From a virus (taxonomy: Duplodnaviria > Heunggongvirae > Uroviricota > Caudoviricetes), in IMG/VR virus record IMGVR_UViG_2778261542_000002, positions 1 to 57,194 of that record: a stretch of DNA of 57,194 nucleotides. One strand, 5' to 3'. Within the stretch, counting starts at the first letter, position 1. The number at the start of each line of letters is the position of its first letter. Shown piece after piece: positions 18,316-28,095 of this stretch. A model generated the notes under the pieces. That model did not search any database, was not told where the DNA came from, and saw only the letters and a list, made by a program, of their open reading frames with translations. The position numbers and the translations under genes were made by a program.

Positions 18316-19580
18316 TAATATCTCTCCCATTTCCCAATGAGTGGTAAAGCCCCATATCTACCGTCAAGATAAGAAGCTTCTAAATTCTCCCTTCCTTTTC
18401 TTGGACTAAAATCCGTAAGTGGGAAAAGATTTGTTTGCTTTGAATTGTCTTTTTCTACAAACCAAATCTGATCTCGTCTGAAAACATCTTGATTTAAAAT
18501 AGACGTCTCATGAGTTGTAAAGATTAACTGGGCACCATTCTTATTGATATTTTTATCGTGAAATAAACCTACAATAAACTCAACTAATTTGGGGTGTAAG
18601 TTATCATTTAATTCATCAATAAACAGGATGTTTCCTGTCTCGAGTGAATGTGATAAGGGACCCGCGAAACTAAAGATTTTTCTAGTTCCATGCGATTCAT
18701 CTTTTAAATCGAATGGAATTGGCTCTCCATCCTCATTATTATGAAGTGTTTTAATGACATATTCTTCCTTGCCTTGCATATTCTTAATCACTAGTTCCTT
18801 GATGGCTGCAGGCATATCATCAGGAAGAGCATTGGGATTGAATTTTTCTTTTGTTACATGAATGTCATCAATACCTACATCGGCAGCTTTTAAAAAATTG
18901 AGAATCTCATCTTTCTTATCATTTAAGCATTGCTTTGCACTGTAATCACTATCCCAACCTGTTAATTCAGTAAATTTAACTTTGTAATAAAACCAATCGT
19001 ATACAGGTTTTAGTTGTACACTGTTTAATTGTACCGCTGTAGAAAGAAAGAGCGCATTAGGCCTGGTTGATTTCAACCATGTTTGTTTTTCTCCTGTCAA
19101 CGATGGCCCCAACTCCCATTCATGGGTTTGTTTTTCTTCATCCCATAGACGTAAAAACCATTTTTGTGGTCTGCCTTTGGGGAATGCAAATAACCATTCG
19201 TCGTGAATAAAATCTTCTGTTGCAGAAAAACCATACTGGTATCTGATGCCTTCGGAAATAAAGTTAATTTCAAATTCAGATGGTTGATTAATCTTCTTTG
19301 AGTCTAGTCTAAAAGGCGTGATATCAAGTTTATCACCACTTTTATAACCTGTAGCAGACCGGACAATAAGTTCAGCCATAGTTGTAATAGCGTTAATAAT
19401 GTTTGATTTTCCGGCAGCATTAGGGCCATAAATCACAGCACTTTTAAGCAATTCAAGAGATTTAGGTTCATCAATACTGAACAGATTATTAGGCAAATCG
19501 TTAAGTTTTGATGCAACTAAACTCAGTGTTTGTTTCTCTGAAATAGATTTATAGTTTTGTACTGTAAACTCAATCAACAT
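18315..19580 (-). CDS. ABC/AAA-type ATPase (AbiLi-like)
   Basis: Walker A GPNAAGKSN, Walker B ILFIDELNDNLHP, H-loop-like QLIFTTHETS; AT-rich; translationally coupled to the RloB-like gene. Confidence 0.8.
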   Translation of the reverse strand: MLIEFTVQNYKSISEKQTLSLVASKLNDLPNNLFSIDEPKSLELLKSAVIYGPNAAGKSNIINAITTMAELIVRSATGYKSGDKLDITPFRLDSKKINQPSEFEINFISEGIRYQYGFSATEDFIHDEWLFAFPKGRPQKWFLRLWDEEKQTHEWELGPSLTGEKQTWLKSTRPNALFLSTAVQLNSVQLKPVYDWFYYKVKFTELTGWDSDYSAKQCLNDKKDEILNFLKAADVGIDDIHVTKEKFNPNALPDDMPAAIKELVIKNMQGKEEYVIKTLHNNEDGEPIPFDLKDESHGTRKIFSFAGPLSHSLETGNILFIDELNDNLHPKLVEFIVGLFHDKNINKNGAQLIFTTHETSILNQDVFRRDQIWFVEKDNSKQTNLFPLTDFSPRKGRENLEASYLDGRYGALPLIGKWERY

Positions 19581-19770
19581 AATTTATACCCTTTTAACTT
19601 CCCATAGCTTAAAAACCACTAAAAGTGATTTTATAGCACAAATTTGACAAAAAACGTCAAATCTTTGCATTTAATGCACACTAAAACCATTGTACACTAT
19701 CCTCATCATCCTGCTAACATTCTTGTAAGCTTTACTGTTTTGCGAAGGGGGGCTAGTGCTATCGGGCGTT

Positions 19771-20967
19771 TTACTTCTCAATTTTCATGTTCTCCGGATT
19801 TTTTGATACTTGGTCCTTACAAGCTGTCTTGCCATCATAGTCTACGAGATACGAACCATAATGCCTGAAAAGCATTTCCGGCCCTTTATGCCCCATTTGA
19901 GCTGCAAGCCAAAACAGATTTGCTCCTCGGCTGATATGGCTGGTGGCGAATGTATGCCTAGTTTGATATGGATTTCTGTATCGAATACCTGCTTTCCGTA
20001 ATGTTGGCACCCATGCTTTTTTCCTGATTGCATCAGCACTTGCCCAAGGCTTATTGGTCTTTGGGTCTTCAAAGACAGTAGCATCCTTCATGAATGTAAA
20101 TGGCTTCTGATTTATCAGCGCCAACATAGCCTCTTCTGTCAGTTCAACTTTACGAGTACCGGCTTTTGTCTTTGTTCCTTTGATAACACCGACAACACTT
20201 GCACTCTGGACATGGGCAGTTTTTCCAACAAAGTCGATATCACGCCATCTAAGGGCACATAATTCAGAACTACGCAGGCCTGTATGTATAGCGAACCGGA
20301 ACAGATTCTCCCATTGTTTGTTTCCGGCTGCTGCTAGTAATGCATCAACTTCTGTTGGTGATAGCGGATCAACCACGTAGCAGCTTTCTGCTTCTGACTT
20401 ATCACTTTGGTAGCGCGAAGCAGTTACCAACGATACGGGGTTAATTTGAAGTACCCCATCGGTTACGGCTTCATCAAGTGCTGACCGCAGGAAAGATAAC
20501 TGGTTGCGAATTGTTTTTAAGGTCGTTTTCTGGCTTTGAATCCACGCTTTCAGGATTGCTGGTGTTAATTCACTTGCAGGGCAAATGTGGAGTGAGGCTA
20601 ACGCACTGCGGCATTTTTTATAACCACCAATCGTTGAGGGTGAGAGTTTTCTCGTTTCGCAGATTTCAAGGTATTCGTCCAGGTACATTTTTACCGTTTT
20701 GCCTGCAGCAGCATTACCAAAAATTTTCAAACGAGCAGAACGGGGAAAATATTCCGCATAAATGAATGTTCCCCTTTCGATCTTATTATGAATTTCGCCG
20801 AGTGTGCGCTCGGCGTATTTAATGTTCTTTGGTGTTACTTCCAGATTGGAAAGAGGCTCACGACATTTAACTCCTTTGTAGGTGAAAGTTATATTGATCG
20901 TTTCGCCCTGGCGGTGTTTCCTGATTGTTACGCCGCGCGGTAGTTTGAGCAGTTTTGTCTGGCCCAT
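19771..20967 (-). CDS. int: phage tyrosine integrase (398 aa)
   Basis: Catalytic boxes TGLRSSELCALRWRDID and RHTFATS...LAAQMGHKGPEMLFRHYGSY. Confidence 0.9.
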   Translation of the reverse strand: MGQTKLLKLPRGVTIRKHRQGETINITFTYKGVKCREPLSNLEVTPKNIKYAERTLGEIHNKIERGTFIYAEYFPRSARLKIFGNAAAGKTVKMYLDEYLEICETRKLSPSTIGGYKKCRSALASLHICPASELTPAILKAWIQSQKTTLKTIRNQLSFLRSALDEAVTDGVLQINPVSLVTASRYQSDKSEAESCYVVDPLSPTEVDALLAAAGNKQWENLFRFAIHTGLRSSELCALRWRDIDFVGKTAHVQSASVVGVIKGTKTKAGTRKVELTEEAMLALINQKPFTFMKDATVFEDPKTNKPWASADAIRKKAWVPTLRKAGIRYRNPYQTRHTFATSHISRGANLFWLAAQMGHKGPEMLFRHYGSYLVDYDGKTACKDQVSKNPENMKIEK

Positions 20968-21146
20968 TTTGCAACCTCACTAAGATCAATCCACCTCTCC
21001 TTAACGCCTTCAACCTTTAAAACCTGAACACCTTCACGCCAAACACCGCGCTGTACACGTTTGTTTATTGCTTCAGGAGTTTCGCCAGTTTCTTTGCAAT
21101 AAGTTGAGATTGGAACACAATCGAGGTTCAGCATATGTTTCTCCAC
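20928..21146 (-). CDS. xis: excisionase-like protein
   Basis: Small basic protein just upstream of and overlapping int; CKETGETPEAINKRVQRGVWREGV winged-helix-like segment. Confidence 0.6.
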   Translation of the reverse strand: MEKHMLNLDCVPISTYCKETGETPEAINKRVQRGVWREGVQVLKVEGVKERWIDLSEVAKWARQNCSNYRAA

Positions 21147-21193
21147 TTAGCCCGCTGCACACGGGCAGTAATACCAAATTCCAGTCCTGATAA

Positions 21194-21409
21194 TTAATTT
21201 TGTTCCCTGGTTGCTACCTGTTTTATTGGCCTGATGCTGTCCAGTAGCAGACGGCGACGCATGTTAGGTGCACCCCAACGGTAACCAGTCTTTTTGTCGT
21301 AGGATTCACAACGTCCGGCAACCCAGGACGTTTCAGTGGAATGTAATTTCATCCGCTTTTCACCGTCTCGGGTGATAACAATTCCTGTATGAGTTTTTAT
21401 CACGCTCAT
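21194..21409 (-). CDS. hypothetical protein (71 aa)
   Basis: ORF in early-left operon, overlaps neighbour by 4 nt. Confidence 0.45.
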   Translation of the reverse strand: MSVIKTHTGIVITRDGEKRMKLHSTETSWVAGRCESYDKKTGYRWGAPNMRRRLLLDSIRPIKQVATREQN

Positions 21410-21768
21410 TTCTTAGTCTCTGGTGCTTTCGGCATTACTGCCCAGTGAGTGATATTGACGTTTTCAAGGTCCCCGATCTGAAATGTCCACTGCCATTCTC
21501 CGGTTTCTTTTTGTCCCCAGGTGTACCAGAGAGAACGCCAGCCAATCAGCCAGCCTTCTCCGTTAGCATCAAATAACAGAACACTTTCATTTGCTGGAGG
21601 CAGTTCAGCTGACACTGGTATTATTTTGCTTTCCAGTGCCGCACATTTAGCTTCAAGCGCGTCGAATTTACGTACCAGGTACTCAGCATTTGTTTCGTTC
21701 ACTTTCAGATCTCGCGGTACACATTTCCCGCGAAGAAACCCTTCCATTTCGAAAACATTCATGCGCAT
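21406..21768 (-). CDS. DUF551-type prophage protein
   Basis: C-terminal W-rich signature WQWTFQIGDLENVNITHWAVMPKAPE, read as DUF551 family. Confidence 0.6.
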   Translation of the reverse strand: MRMNVFEMEGFLRGKCVPRDLKVNETNAEYLVRKFDALEAKCAALESKIIPVSAELPPANESVLLFDANGEGWLIGWRSLWYTWGQKETGEWQWTFQIGDLENVNITHWAVMPKAPETKK

Positions 21769-22322
21769 TTGCGTAACTCCGATAATTCGTTAAAGCGTTC
21801 CATAAACATCCCGTAGGCATGGCCTGGAGCCAGTGGAATCACGTTGAACATCTCTGTTGCCGGGATACCTTCCAGCACAGGCCAGAAAGAGCCATCATCA
21901 AGCCCGAGATCGCGGCGTTCGGTTGCCAGCATGATGAGATCGGCATATTTCACGGGTGTACTCATAACCGGGGGTAACCCGTATTTCTCACGGATTGCGG
22001 CGTCTATTTTTTCTTCCATCCGTTTATAGTCAGGAAGAAGGCGTTTCAGTGGAGCCGGGATGTCCTGGCAATACGCTTCTGTTGCATCATGCATTAACGC
22101 TTCAAAAGCAAATTCCTGCGGTACCAGCTGGCTGCAAAGCACCGCATGTTGGGCGACGCTGTAGAAGTGTGAAAGATGTCCTGCAAAGCGACAGATATTT
22201 GAAAGGGAAACCGCGATATCGTTAATAACGATGTCGTCTTTATTTATCCTGTCATAATAAAAATGCTTCCCGGAAAAAGTTTTAATAAATGACATTTTGT
22301 TCTCCACGTATATGCGCTGCAC
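21759..22322 (-). CDS. HD-domain phosphohydrolase
   Basis: H..H and HD motifs (SVAQHAVLCS; MHDATEAY). Confidence 0.7.
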   Translation of the reverse strand: MQRIYVENKMSFIKTFSGKHFYYDRINKDDIVINDIAVSLSNICRFAGHLSHFYSVAQHAVLCSQLVPQEFAFEALMHDATEAYCQDIPAPLKRLLPDYKRMEEKIDAAIREKYGLPPVMSTPVKYADLIMLATERRDLGLDDGSFWPVLEGIPATEMFNVIPLAPGHAYGMFMERFNELSELRKCA

Positions 22323-22808
22323 CGCGCTGAATTCGGGTAAAAGGAAGCCCTCACCGTCCGGCGATTATTGAGTCAATTACATTTCCATAAATGCCCCCGT
22401 AGGGGCGGTTAGTTTCTCCACAAAACAGAGAAGAACACCTGCGGTGGCAGCCGCCCGGATGGATTGGGTTATGAGCCTGTCGTCCGATGATGCTCTTCTC
22501 TGTTTTGTAAAAAGGATGGTACCAGCCGGAAGCAAGGGTACAAACTGGTACCGCCAAGACTACACACAGCATAAAGTTGTGGTGCAGGGTGCCTCCCGGT
22601 GCCTGGCGAAGGTTGCACACCAGGCGGGTGGGTATCCACAGAAGGTCGACTGTCAGCCTCAACCTTAACCCGCGTGCGCTGAGCCGCATTCACCACAACG
22701 CTAAGGATTCTCTTTGGTTGAAAATACTTAGCTGTTATGTGCCTGTCTTTTCACCACTTCAGGCTCGGTGGTATCCTTTTAAGCCCGTATACATAAAAGG
22801 AAAATCAA

Positions 22809-23006
22809 ATGACTTTTGATGAAAAAGAACTTGATAATGCAATTAATAAAATCATCGTAACGTCGCTCTTTTCCTGTCTCAGCGACACTCAGCAGAAACA
22901 GTTCTACGAATCGGCTTTCAACATGATCGAGCGTTGTTGTTTCTGCGATGCCGACGAGTTACCTGAAAAAATCAGGAAACAGTTGGCTGATGCTCTTCGA
23001 GTGTGA
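22809..23006 (+). CDS. hypothetical protein (65 aa)
   Basis: ORF only; converges on the next gene. Confidence 0.35.
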   Translation: MTFDEKELDNAINKIIVTSLFSCLSDTQQKQFYESAFNMIERCCFCDADELPEKIRKQLADALRV

Positions 23007-23247
23007 CTTTCTGACCAATTTTCTGAAATGTGCTCTCCGAATTTGGACAAATAGAAAAAGGCCATTTCCATTCAGGGTCTGATGGAAATACTTCAGCCTG
23101 TTCCAAAGCACGGCGTAAAGAGAACACAACTCCAGCCATAATCTGATGTTTCCCATTGGTCCAGCTATCGCCGCTCTGATCTACAGGGGCGGCTATGTCG
23201 TATGACCAAACGACTTCACAGTTATTGTTTAAAATCTGGACTTTCAT
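22972..23247 (-). CDS. hypothetical protein (~91 aa), first gene of the leftward early operon
   Basis: ATG at 23247 preceded by AGGTG; no N-like motif recognised. Confidence 0.35.
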   Translation of the reverse strand: MKVQILNNNCEVVWSYDIAAPVDQSGDSWTNGKHQIMAGVVFSLRRALEQAEVFPSDPEWKWPFSICPNSESTFQKIGQKVTLEEHQPTVS

Positions 23248-23453
23248 TTCATACACCTGCTTTAACATGAGTGCCTGGTGGCACAACATGACTCAACGAA
23301 TCATCCTGGACTTCATATGCCCCAGGCGGCTACTTCGTGGGCGTCCTGCCTGTTCGTTATCTTTGATATAAAATCTAACTTAACTTAGTTATTATGGCAA
23401 GAGAAAACACCAAACTTTTCTTAGTTCGGTGCCTTAGTTAGAGAAGAGAGGTC

Positions 23454-24080
23454 TTAGAGTTCGTATTGAACTCCTTTGACTACACCAATGATAAGGCAAT
23501 TACCATTGATAGGGATGTTGGGATACCGAGGATTTAATGGCACTAAAAACTTTTGAGGGCCATCGATGACTAATTTTTTTACTGTAGCTTCGTTTGTTCC
23601 ATCAAGTCGAGCGATGACTATTTTTCCATGACGAGGTTCTGCATCTGGATCTACAATCACTGTTGCGCCTTCTGGTATTGTTGGGAGGCCATTAGGGTTA
23701 GTCATGGAGTCACCTTTAACCTCTAATGCAAATGAGTTATCACCAATCTTTAATGATGTATCTACCCACTTGTCCACTTCACTAAACACTTCTGCTGCCC
23801 TGCACTCAGTAAACTGCCCAGCCTGAACCCACGATATTACAGGAACTCTGCGCATGTTTGTGACGAGTTTGCCTTCAAACTCAGCACCATAAAGAATGTA
23901 ATCTATTGACGTATTGAAGAACTTCGCTAATTTCGAAAGTGCCTCCCCACCAGGGGTATTGATGTCTTTCTCCCAGTACCCCACAGCAACGTCGCTTACT
24001 CCACAAAATTTACCCAATTCTTTCTGGGACGTTCCGGTAACTCTTCTCAGAGCTTTTATACGCTGACCAACCGTTTCCAT
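23454..24080 (-). CDS. cI: CI-type repressor (HTH + S24 LexA-like peptidase domain)
   Basis: N-terminal HTH (GTSQKELGKFCGVSDVAVGYWE) and C-terminal autocleavage domain with GDSM; divergent from the cro-like gene. Confidence 0.85.
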   Translation of the reverse strand: METVGQRIKALRRVTGTSQKELGKFCGVSDVAVGYWEKDINTPGGEALSKLAKFFNTSIDYILYGAEFEGKLVTNMRRVPVISWVQAGQFTECRAAEVFSEVDKWVDTSLKIGDNSFALEVKGDSMTNPNGLPTIPEGATVIVDPDAEPRHGKIVIARLDGTNEATVKKLVIDGPQKFLVPLNPRYPNIPINGNCLIIGVVKGVQYEL

Positions 24081-24177
24081 AGGAGCACCATTTCTTGAAT
24101 TGCTAAGTAATCTTAGTTTTTATTGACCAAAGATAGATTTGTAATTAGCATCTAATAAAACTTAGTTTGGAGGGCGT

Positions 24178-24378
24178 ATGACAACTGACGATATCGAAAG
24201 CTACTTCGGCAGTATTGAGAAAGTTGCTGCTTTTTTCGGCATAACAACTGAAGCCGTTTATCAGTGGCGAAACCGTCCGGGCCAGTTAATTCCAAAAGGA
24301 CGTGCAGCAGAAGCTGCATATAGAACTTGCGGACGGTTGCCATTTAAACCTGAGCTTTATGAAAAATCTAATGGATAA
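24178..24378 (+). CDS. cro: Cro-like HTH regulator
   Basis: 66-aa protein divergent from cI with helix-turn-helix-like segment. Confidence 0.6.
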   Translation: MTTDDIESYFGSIEKVAAFFGITTEAVYQWRNRPGQLIPKGRAAEAAYRTCGRLPFKPELYEKSNG

Positions 24379-24967
24379 ATCGATTAACAGAAACCACAGA
24401 ACGATGAGGCTAACCGTGGGTAAGCATCACTGGAAAGTAGAAAAACAGCCTGAGTGGTACGTGAAAGCTGTCAGAAAAACTATCGCAGCGTTGCCGGGTG
24501 GTTACGCTGAAGCAGCTGACTGGCTGGATGTAACAGAAAACGCATTATTTAACCGCCTTCGTGCCGATGGCGATCAGATTTTCCCGCTGGGATGGGCAAT
24601 GATTTTGCAACGTGCTGGTGGAACTCACTTCATTGCTGACGCTGTGGCGCAGTCTGCAAATGGCGTCTTTGTGTCTCTTCCTGACGTCGAGGATGTGGAC
24701 AACGCCGATATTAACCAGCGCCTGCTGGAAGTCATTGAACAGATTGGCAGTTATTCCAGACAGATTCGTTCGGCAATCGAAGACGGTGTGGTGGAACCGC
24801 ATGAGAAGACAGCAATTAACGACGAGCTGTATCTCTCAATTTCGAAGCTGCAGGAGCATGCAGCACTGGTCTACAAAATCTTTTGCATTTCAGAAAGTAA
24901 TGACGCCCGCGAGTGTGCAGCTCCGGGCGCCGTGGCGTGTCGTGACTGTGGAGAAACTAACGCATGA
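24359..24967 (+). CDS. phage regulatory protein (CII/YdaT-like, putative)
   Basis: Position immediately after cro; start uncertain (ATG 24359 or 24371). Confidence 0.45.
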   Translation: MKNLMDKSINRNHRTMRLTVGKHHWKVEKQPEWYVKAVRKTIAALPGGYAEAADWLDVTENALFNRLRADGDQIFPLGWAMILQRAGGTHFIADAVAQSANGVFVSLPDVEDVDNADINQRLLEVIEQIGSYSRQIRSAIEDGVVEPHEKTAINDELYLSISKLQEHAALVYKIFCISESNDARECAAPGAVACRDCGETNA

Positions 24968-25322
24968 ACAGTTTAACAACACACTACCGTCGCTCGCAAC
25001 TGATTGCGCTTCCTGTACCGGGTGGAAAAGCGAAGGTGGAGTATTGCTATGCAGTTAATGTACCAGGTGACAGGGAAATTGTAACCCACAGCTTTGCTGA
25101 GTGGGCTGTGGGTGATTTCAACCGGCAGAAGGAGACAGTCCTTTGCGACAAGTTAACCGCTGGTTCAAAGATCACTACGGAGTGCCCGTCAGAGTCATTC
25201 GTTGGGAGCCGGAAACACAACGGGTTATCTACCTCCGTGAAGGCTATGAGCATGAGTGCTTCAGCCCGCTCGAACAGTTTCGTCGTAAATTCAGGGAAAT
25301 AGAGGTCGGTCATGAGCACTAA
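24964..25322 (+). pseudogene. small gene apparently frameshifted between cII-like and replication genes
   Basis: Frame-1 ORF starts by ATGA overlap with the upstream stop; a second frame (from about 25113) reads ..[51 protein letters not shown] and ends overlapping the next start. Confidence 0.3.
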
Positions 25323-26223
25323 ATTAACCGGCTATGTATGGGATGGTTGCGCAGCGTCAGGCATGAAATTATCCAGCGTGGCAATTATGGCCCGCCTGGC
25401 TGATTTCAGTAATGACGAAGGTGTGTGCTGGCCATCAATTGAAACCATTGCCCGTCAGATTGGCGCGGGGATGAGTACCGTCAGGACGGCTATCGCACGG
25501 CTGGAAGCAGAAGGCTGGTTAACGCGTAAGGCGCGTCGCCAGGGTAACCGCAATGCGTCGAATGTTTATCAGCTTAACGTTGCGAAGCTTCAGGCAGCGG
25601 CATTTTCTCAACTGTCAGATTCTGACCCGTCAAAATTTGATGCGTCGAAATCTGGCAAAAAAGCGGGTTTTCACCCGTCAGAATCTGGCGGGGATCCGTC
25701 AGTAAAATCAAAACATGATCCGTCAGATAAAAAACCTTCTCGTCCGGACGCTTCGCAACCGGACACGCAGACGGATGAACAGGATTTTTTAACTCGCCAT
25801 CCTGATGCGGTTGTATTCAGCCCTAAAAAGCGCCAGTGGGGGACGCAGGATGATTTGACCTGCGCACAGTGGCTTTGGAAAAAAATCATCGCCCTGTACG
25901 AGCAGGCCGCCGAATGTGACGGCGAGGTGGTTCGTCCCAAAGAACCTAACTGGACAGCCTGGGCAAACGAAATTCGCCTGATGTGTGTGCAGGATGGTCG
26001 TACTCACAAACAAATCTGCGAGATGTACAGCCGCGTCAGCCGCGATCCGTTCTGGTGCCGTAACGTGATCAGCCCGTCGAAGTTGCGGGAAAAATGGGAT
26101 GAGCTTTCCCTGCGCTTATCGCCGTCCGTCAGCACGCACACAGAAAAACGTGAAGACCCGTACTTCAAAGCCAGTTACGACAACGTGGACTACAGCCAGA
26201 TCCCGGCAGGATTTAGGGGGTGA
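25312..26223 (+). CDS. phage replication initiation protein (N-terminal winged-helix DNA-binding domain)
   Basis: N-terminus MSTKLTGYVWDGCAASGMKLSSVAIMARLADFSNDEGVCWPSIETIARQIGAGMSTVRTAIARLEAEGWL, typical of phage replication proteins; acidic/Ser-rich linker. Confidence 0.65.
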   Translation: MSTKLTGYVWDGCAASGMKLSSVAIMARLADFSNDEGVCWPSIETIARQIGAGMSTVRTAIARLEAEGWLTRKARRQGNRNASNVYQLNVAKLQAAAFSQLSDSDPSKFDASKSGKKAGFHPSESGGDPSVKSKHDPSDKKPSRPDASQPDTQTDEQDFLTRHPDAVVFSPKKRQWGTQDDLTCAQWLWKKIIALYEQAAECDGEVVRPKEPNWTAWANEIRLMCVQDGRTHKQICEMYSRVSRDPFWCRNVISPSKLREKWDELSLRLSPSVSTHTEKREDPYFKASYDNVDYSQIPAGFRG

Positions 26224-26714
26224 TCATGAGTCTGTTAAATGACGTTCAGAAATTCATTGAAGCCCATCCGGGGTGCACTTCCGGAGACATTGCGGATGCT
26301 TTTGCTGGTTACTCACGGCAGCGCGTTCTGCAGTCAGCAAGCAAGTTACGTCAGAGTGGGCGTGTGGCTCACCGTTGTGAAGGAGATACACGCAGACATT
26401 TCCCGCGCCTGACTGAGAGAGCGCAGGAACCGGAACCACAACCAGTTCGAGAAACCAGACCTGTGCGCAATTTCTATGTCTGCACTAACGATCCCCGGGT
26501 GATTTTGTGCCTGACCCGCCAGGCTGAAGAACTGGAGTCAAGGGGCTTATACCGTCGTGCTGCAACCGTGTGGATGGCGGCATTCCGTGAAAGCCACTCC
26601 CAGCCAGAACGAAACAATTTTCTGACGCGTCGTGAGCGGTGCTTACGGAAAAGCAGCAAGCGCGCTGCATCGGGTGAAGAGTGGTATCTGTCAGGGAATT
26701 ACGTGGGGGCTTAA
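26220..26714 (+). CDS. hypothetical regulatory protein (164 aa; N-terminal winged-helix-like, basic C-terminus)
   Basis: ORF coupled to flanking genes (overlapping stops/starts). Confidence 0.5.
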   Translation: MIMSLLNDVQKFIEAHPGCTSGDIADAFAGYSRQRVLQSASKLRQSGRVAHRCEGDTRRHFPRLTERAQEPEPQPVRETRPVRNFYVCTNDPRVILCLTRQAEELESRGLYRRAATVWMAAFRESHSQPERNNFLTRRERCLRKSSKRAASGEEWYLSGNYVGA

Positions 26715-27367
26715 TGAGTAATAAATATTGCCAGGCGCTGGTGGAACTGCGGAACAAACCAGCCCATGAACTGAAGGAAGTGGGCGATCAGTGGCGCACG
26801 CCGGACAACATTTTCTGGGGAATTAACACCCTGTTTGGCCCGTTTGTTCTGGATCTGTTTACTGACGGTGATAACGCCAAATGTGCCGCGTATTACACGG
26901 CGGAAGATAACGCGCTGGCGCATGACTGGTCAGAACGTCTTGCGGAGCTTAAAGGTGCTGCCTTTGGTAATCCCCCATACAGCCGCGCCAGTCAGCATGA
27001 GGGGCAATACATCACCGGCATGCGTTACATCATGAAACATGCCAGTTCCATGCGTGATAAGGGCGGGCGCTATGTTTTCCTGATCAAAGCTGCCACCAGC
27101 GAAGTGTGGTGGCCGGAAGATGCGGACCATATTGCTTTTATTCGCGGGCGTATTGGTTTTGAACTGCCTGCCTGGTTTATCCCGAAGGATGAGAAGCAGG
27201 TGCCGACAGGAGCGTTCTTCGCTGGCGCTATTGCTGTTTTCGATAAGACCTGGAAGGGAGCGGCAATCAGCTACATCGGGCGCGATGAACTTGAGGCATG
27301 TGGTGAGGCCTTTCTGGCGCAGGTTCGCCAGCAGGCAGAAAAACTGGTCAGGGAGATGGCGGCATGA
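26714..27367 (+). CDS. phage N6-adenine DNA methyltransferase (Dam-like)
   Basis: NPPY catalytic motif (FGNPPYS) with the preceding WRTPDNIFW block. Confidence 0.8.
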   Translation: MSNKYCQALVELRNKPAHELKEVGDQWRTPDNIFWGINTLFGPFVLDLFTDGDNAKCAAYYTAEDNALAHDWSERLAELKGAAFGNPPYSRASQHEGQYITGMRYIMKHASSMRDKGGRYVFLIKAATSEVWWPEDADHIAFIRGRIGFELPAWFIPKDEKQVPTGAFFAGAIAVFDKTWKGAAISYIGRDELEACGEAFLAQVRQQAEKLVREMAA

Positions 27368-27690
27368 CGACGTTAACTCAATGCCAGCAGCAGGTGCTGG
27401 ATATGCTGATTTCTTACCAGAAAGAGCGTGGCTTTCCGCCAACCAATCAGGAGGTGGCAACCATGCTGGGATACCGTTCAGTGAATGCAGCGGTGGAGCA
27501 TCTTCGCGCACTGGAGAAAAAAGGCGTCATCACGATAAAGCGTGGCGTGGCCCGGGGTATCACTCTTCATACCGCGGTGAAGGACGACGACAGCGAGGCG
27601 GCCGGGATTATCCGCTCACTGCTTGCCGGTGAGGAAAACGCCAGGCTGCGTGCAGCCCACTGGTTATATGAGAGGGGCCTGAAAGTATGA
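27364..27690 (+). CDS. LexA-N-terminal-like DNA-binding protein
   Basis: QQQVLDMLISYQKERGFPPTNQEVATMLGYRSVNAAVEHLRALEKKGVI resembles the LexA DNA-binding domain; no peptidase domain. Confidence 0.55.
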   Translation: MTTLTQCQQQVLDMLISYQKERGFPPTNQEVATMLGYRSVNAAVEHLRALEKKGVITIKRGVARGITLHTAVKDDDSEAAGIIRSLLAGEENARLRAAHWLYERGLKV

Positions 27691-28076
27691 AGCTGATTCT
27701 GCCGTTTCCGCCCAGCGTGAACACGTACTGGCGACACCCCAACAAAGGGGCGTTTGCAGGTAAGAGCCTGATAAGTGCGGCGGGGCGAAAATTCCAGAGC
27801 GCGGCGTGCGCAGCAATAGTTGAACAGTTACGTCGTCTGCCGAAACCAACGTCGGCACCTGCTTCAGTGGAGATCGTGTTGTTTCCTCCGGATAACAGGA
27901 TCCGCGATCTGGACAACTATAACAAGGCGCTGTTTGACGCCCTGACCCACGCGGGGGTGTGGGAAGACGACAGTCAGGTGAAAAGAATGCTGGTGGAGTG
28001 GGGACCGGTTATCCCGGAAGGGAAGGTCGAGATCACTATCAGTAAGTATGAGAAACCGGCGGGTGCAGCCGCCTGA
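27687..28076 (+). CDS. rusA: RusA Holliday-junction resolvase
   Basis: LPFPPSVNTYWR ... RDLDNYNKALFDALTHAGVWEDDSQV matches the RusA signature. Confidence 0.85.
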   Translation: MKLILPFPPSVNTYWRHPNKGAFAGKSLISAAGRKFQSAACAAIVEQLRRLPKPTSAPASVEIVLFPPDNRIRDLDNYNKALFDALTHAGVWEDDSQVKRMLVEWGPVIPEGKVEITISKYEKPAGAAA

Positions 28077-28095
28077 TTAAGAGGAGAAACGAAGT

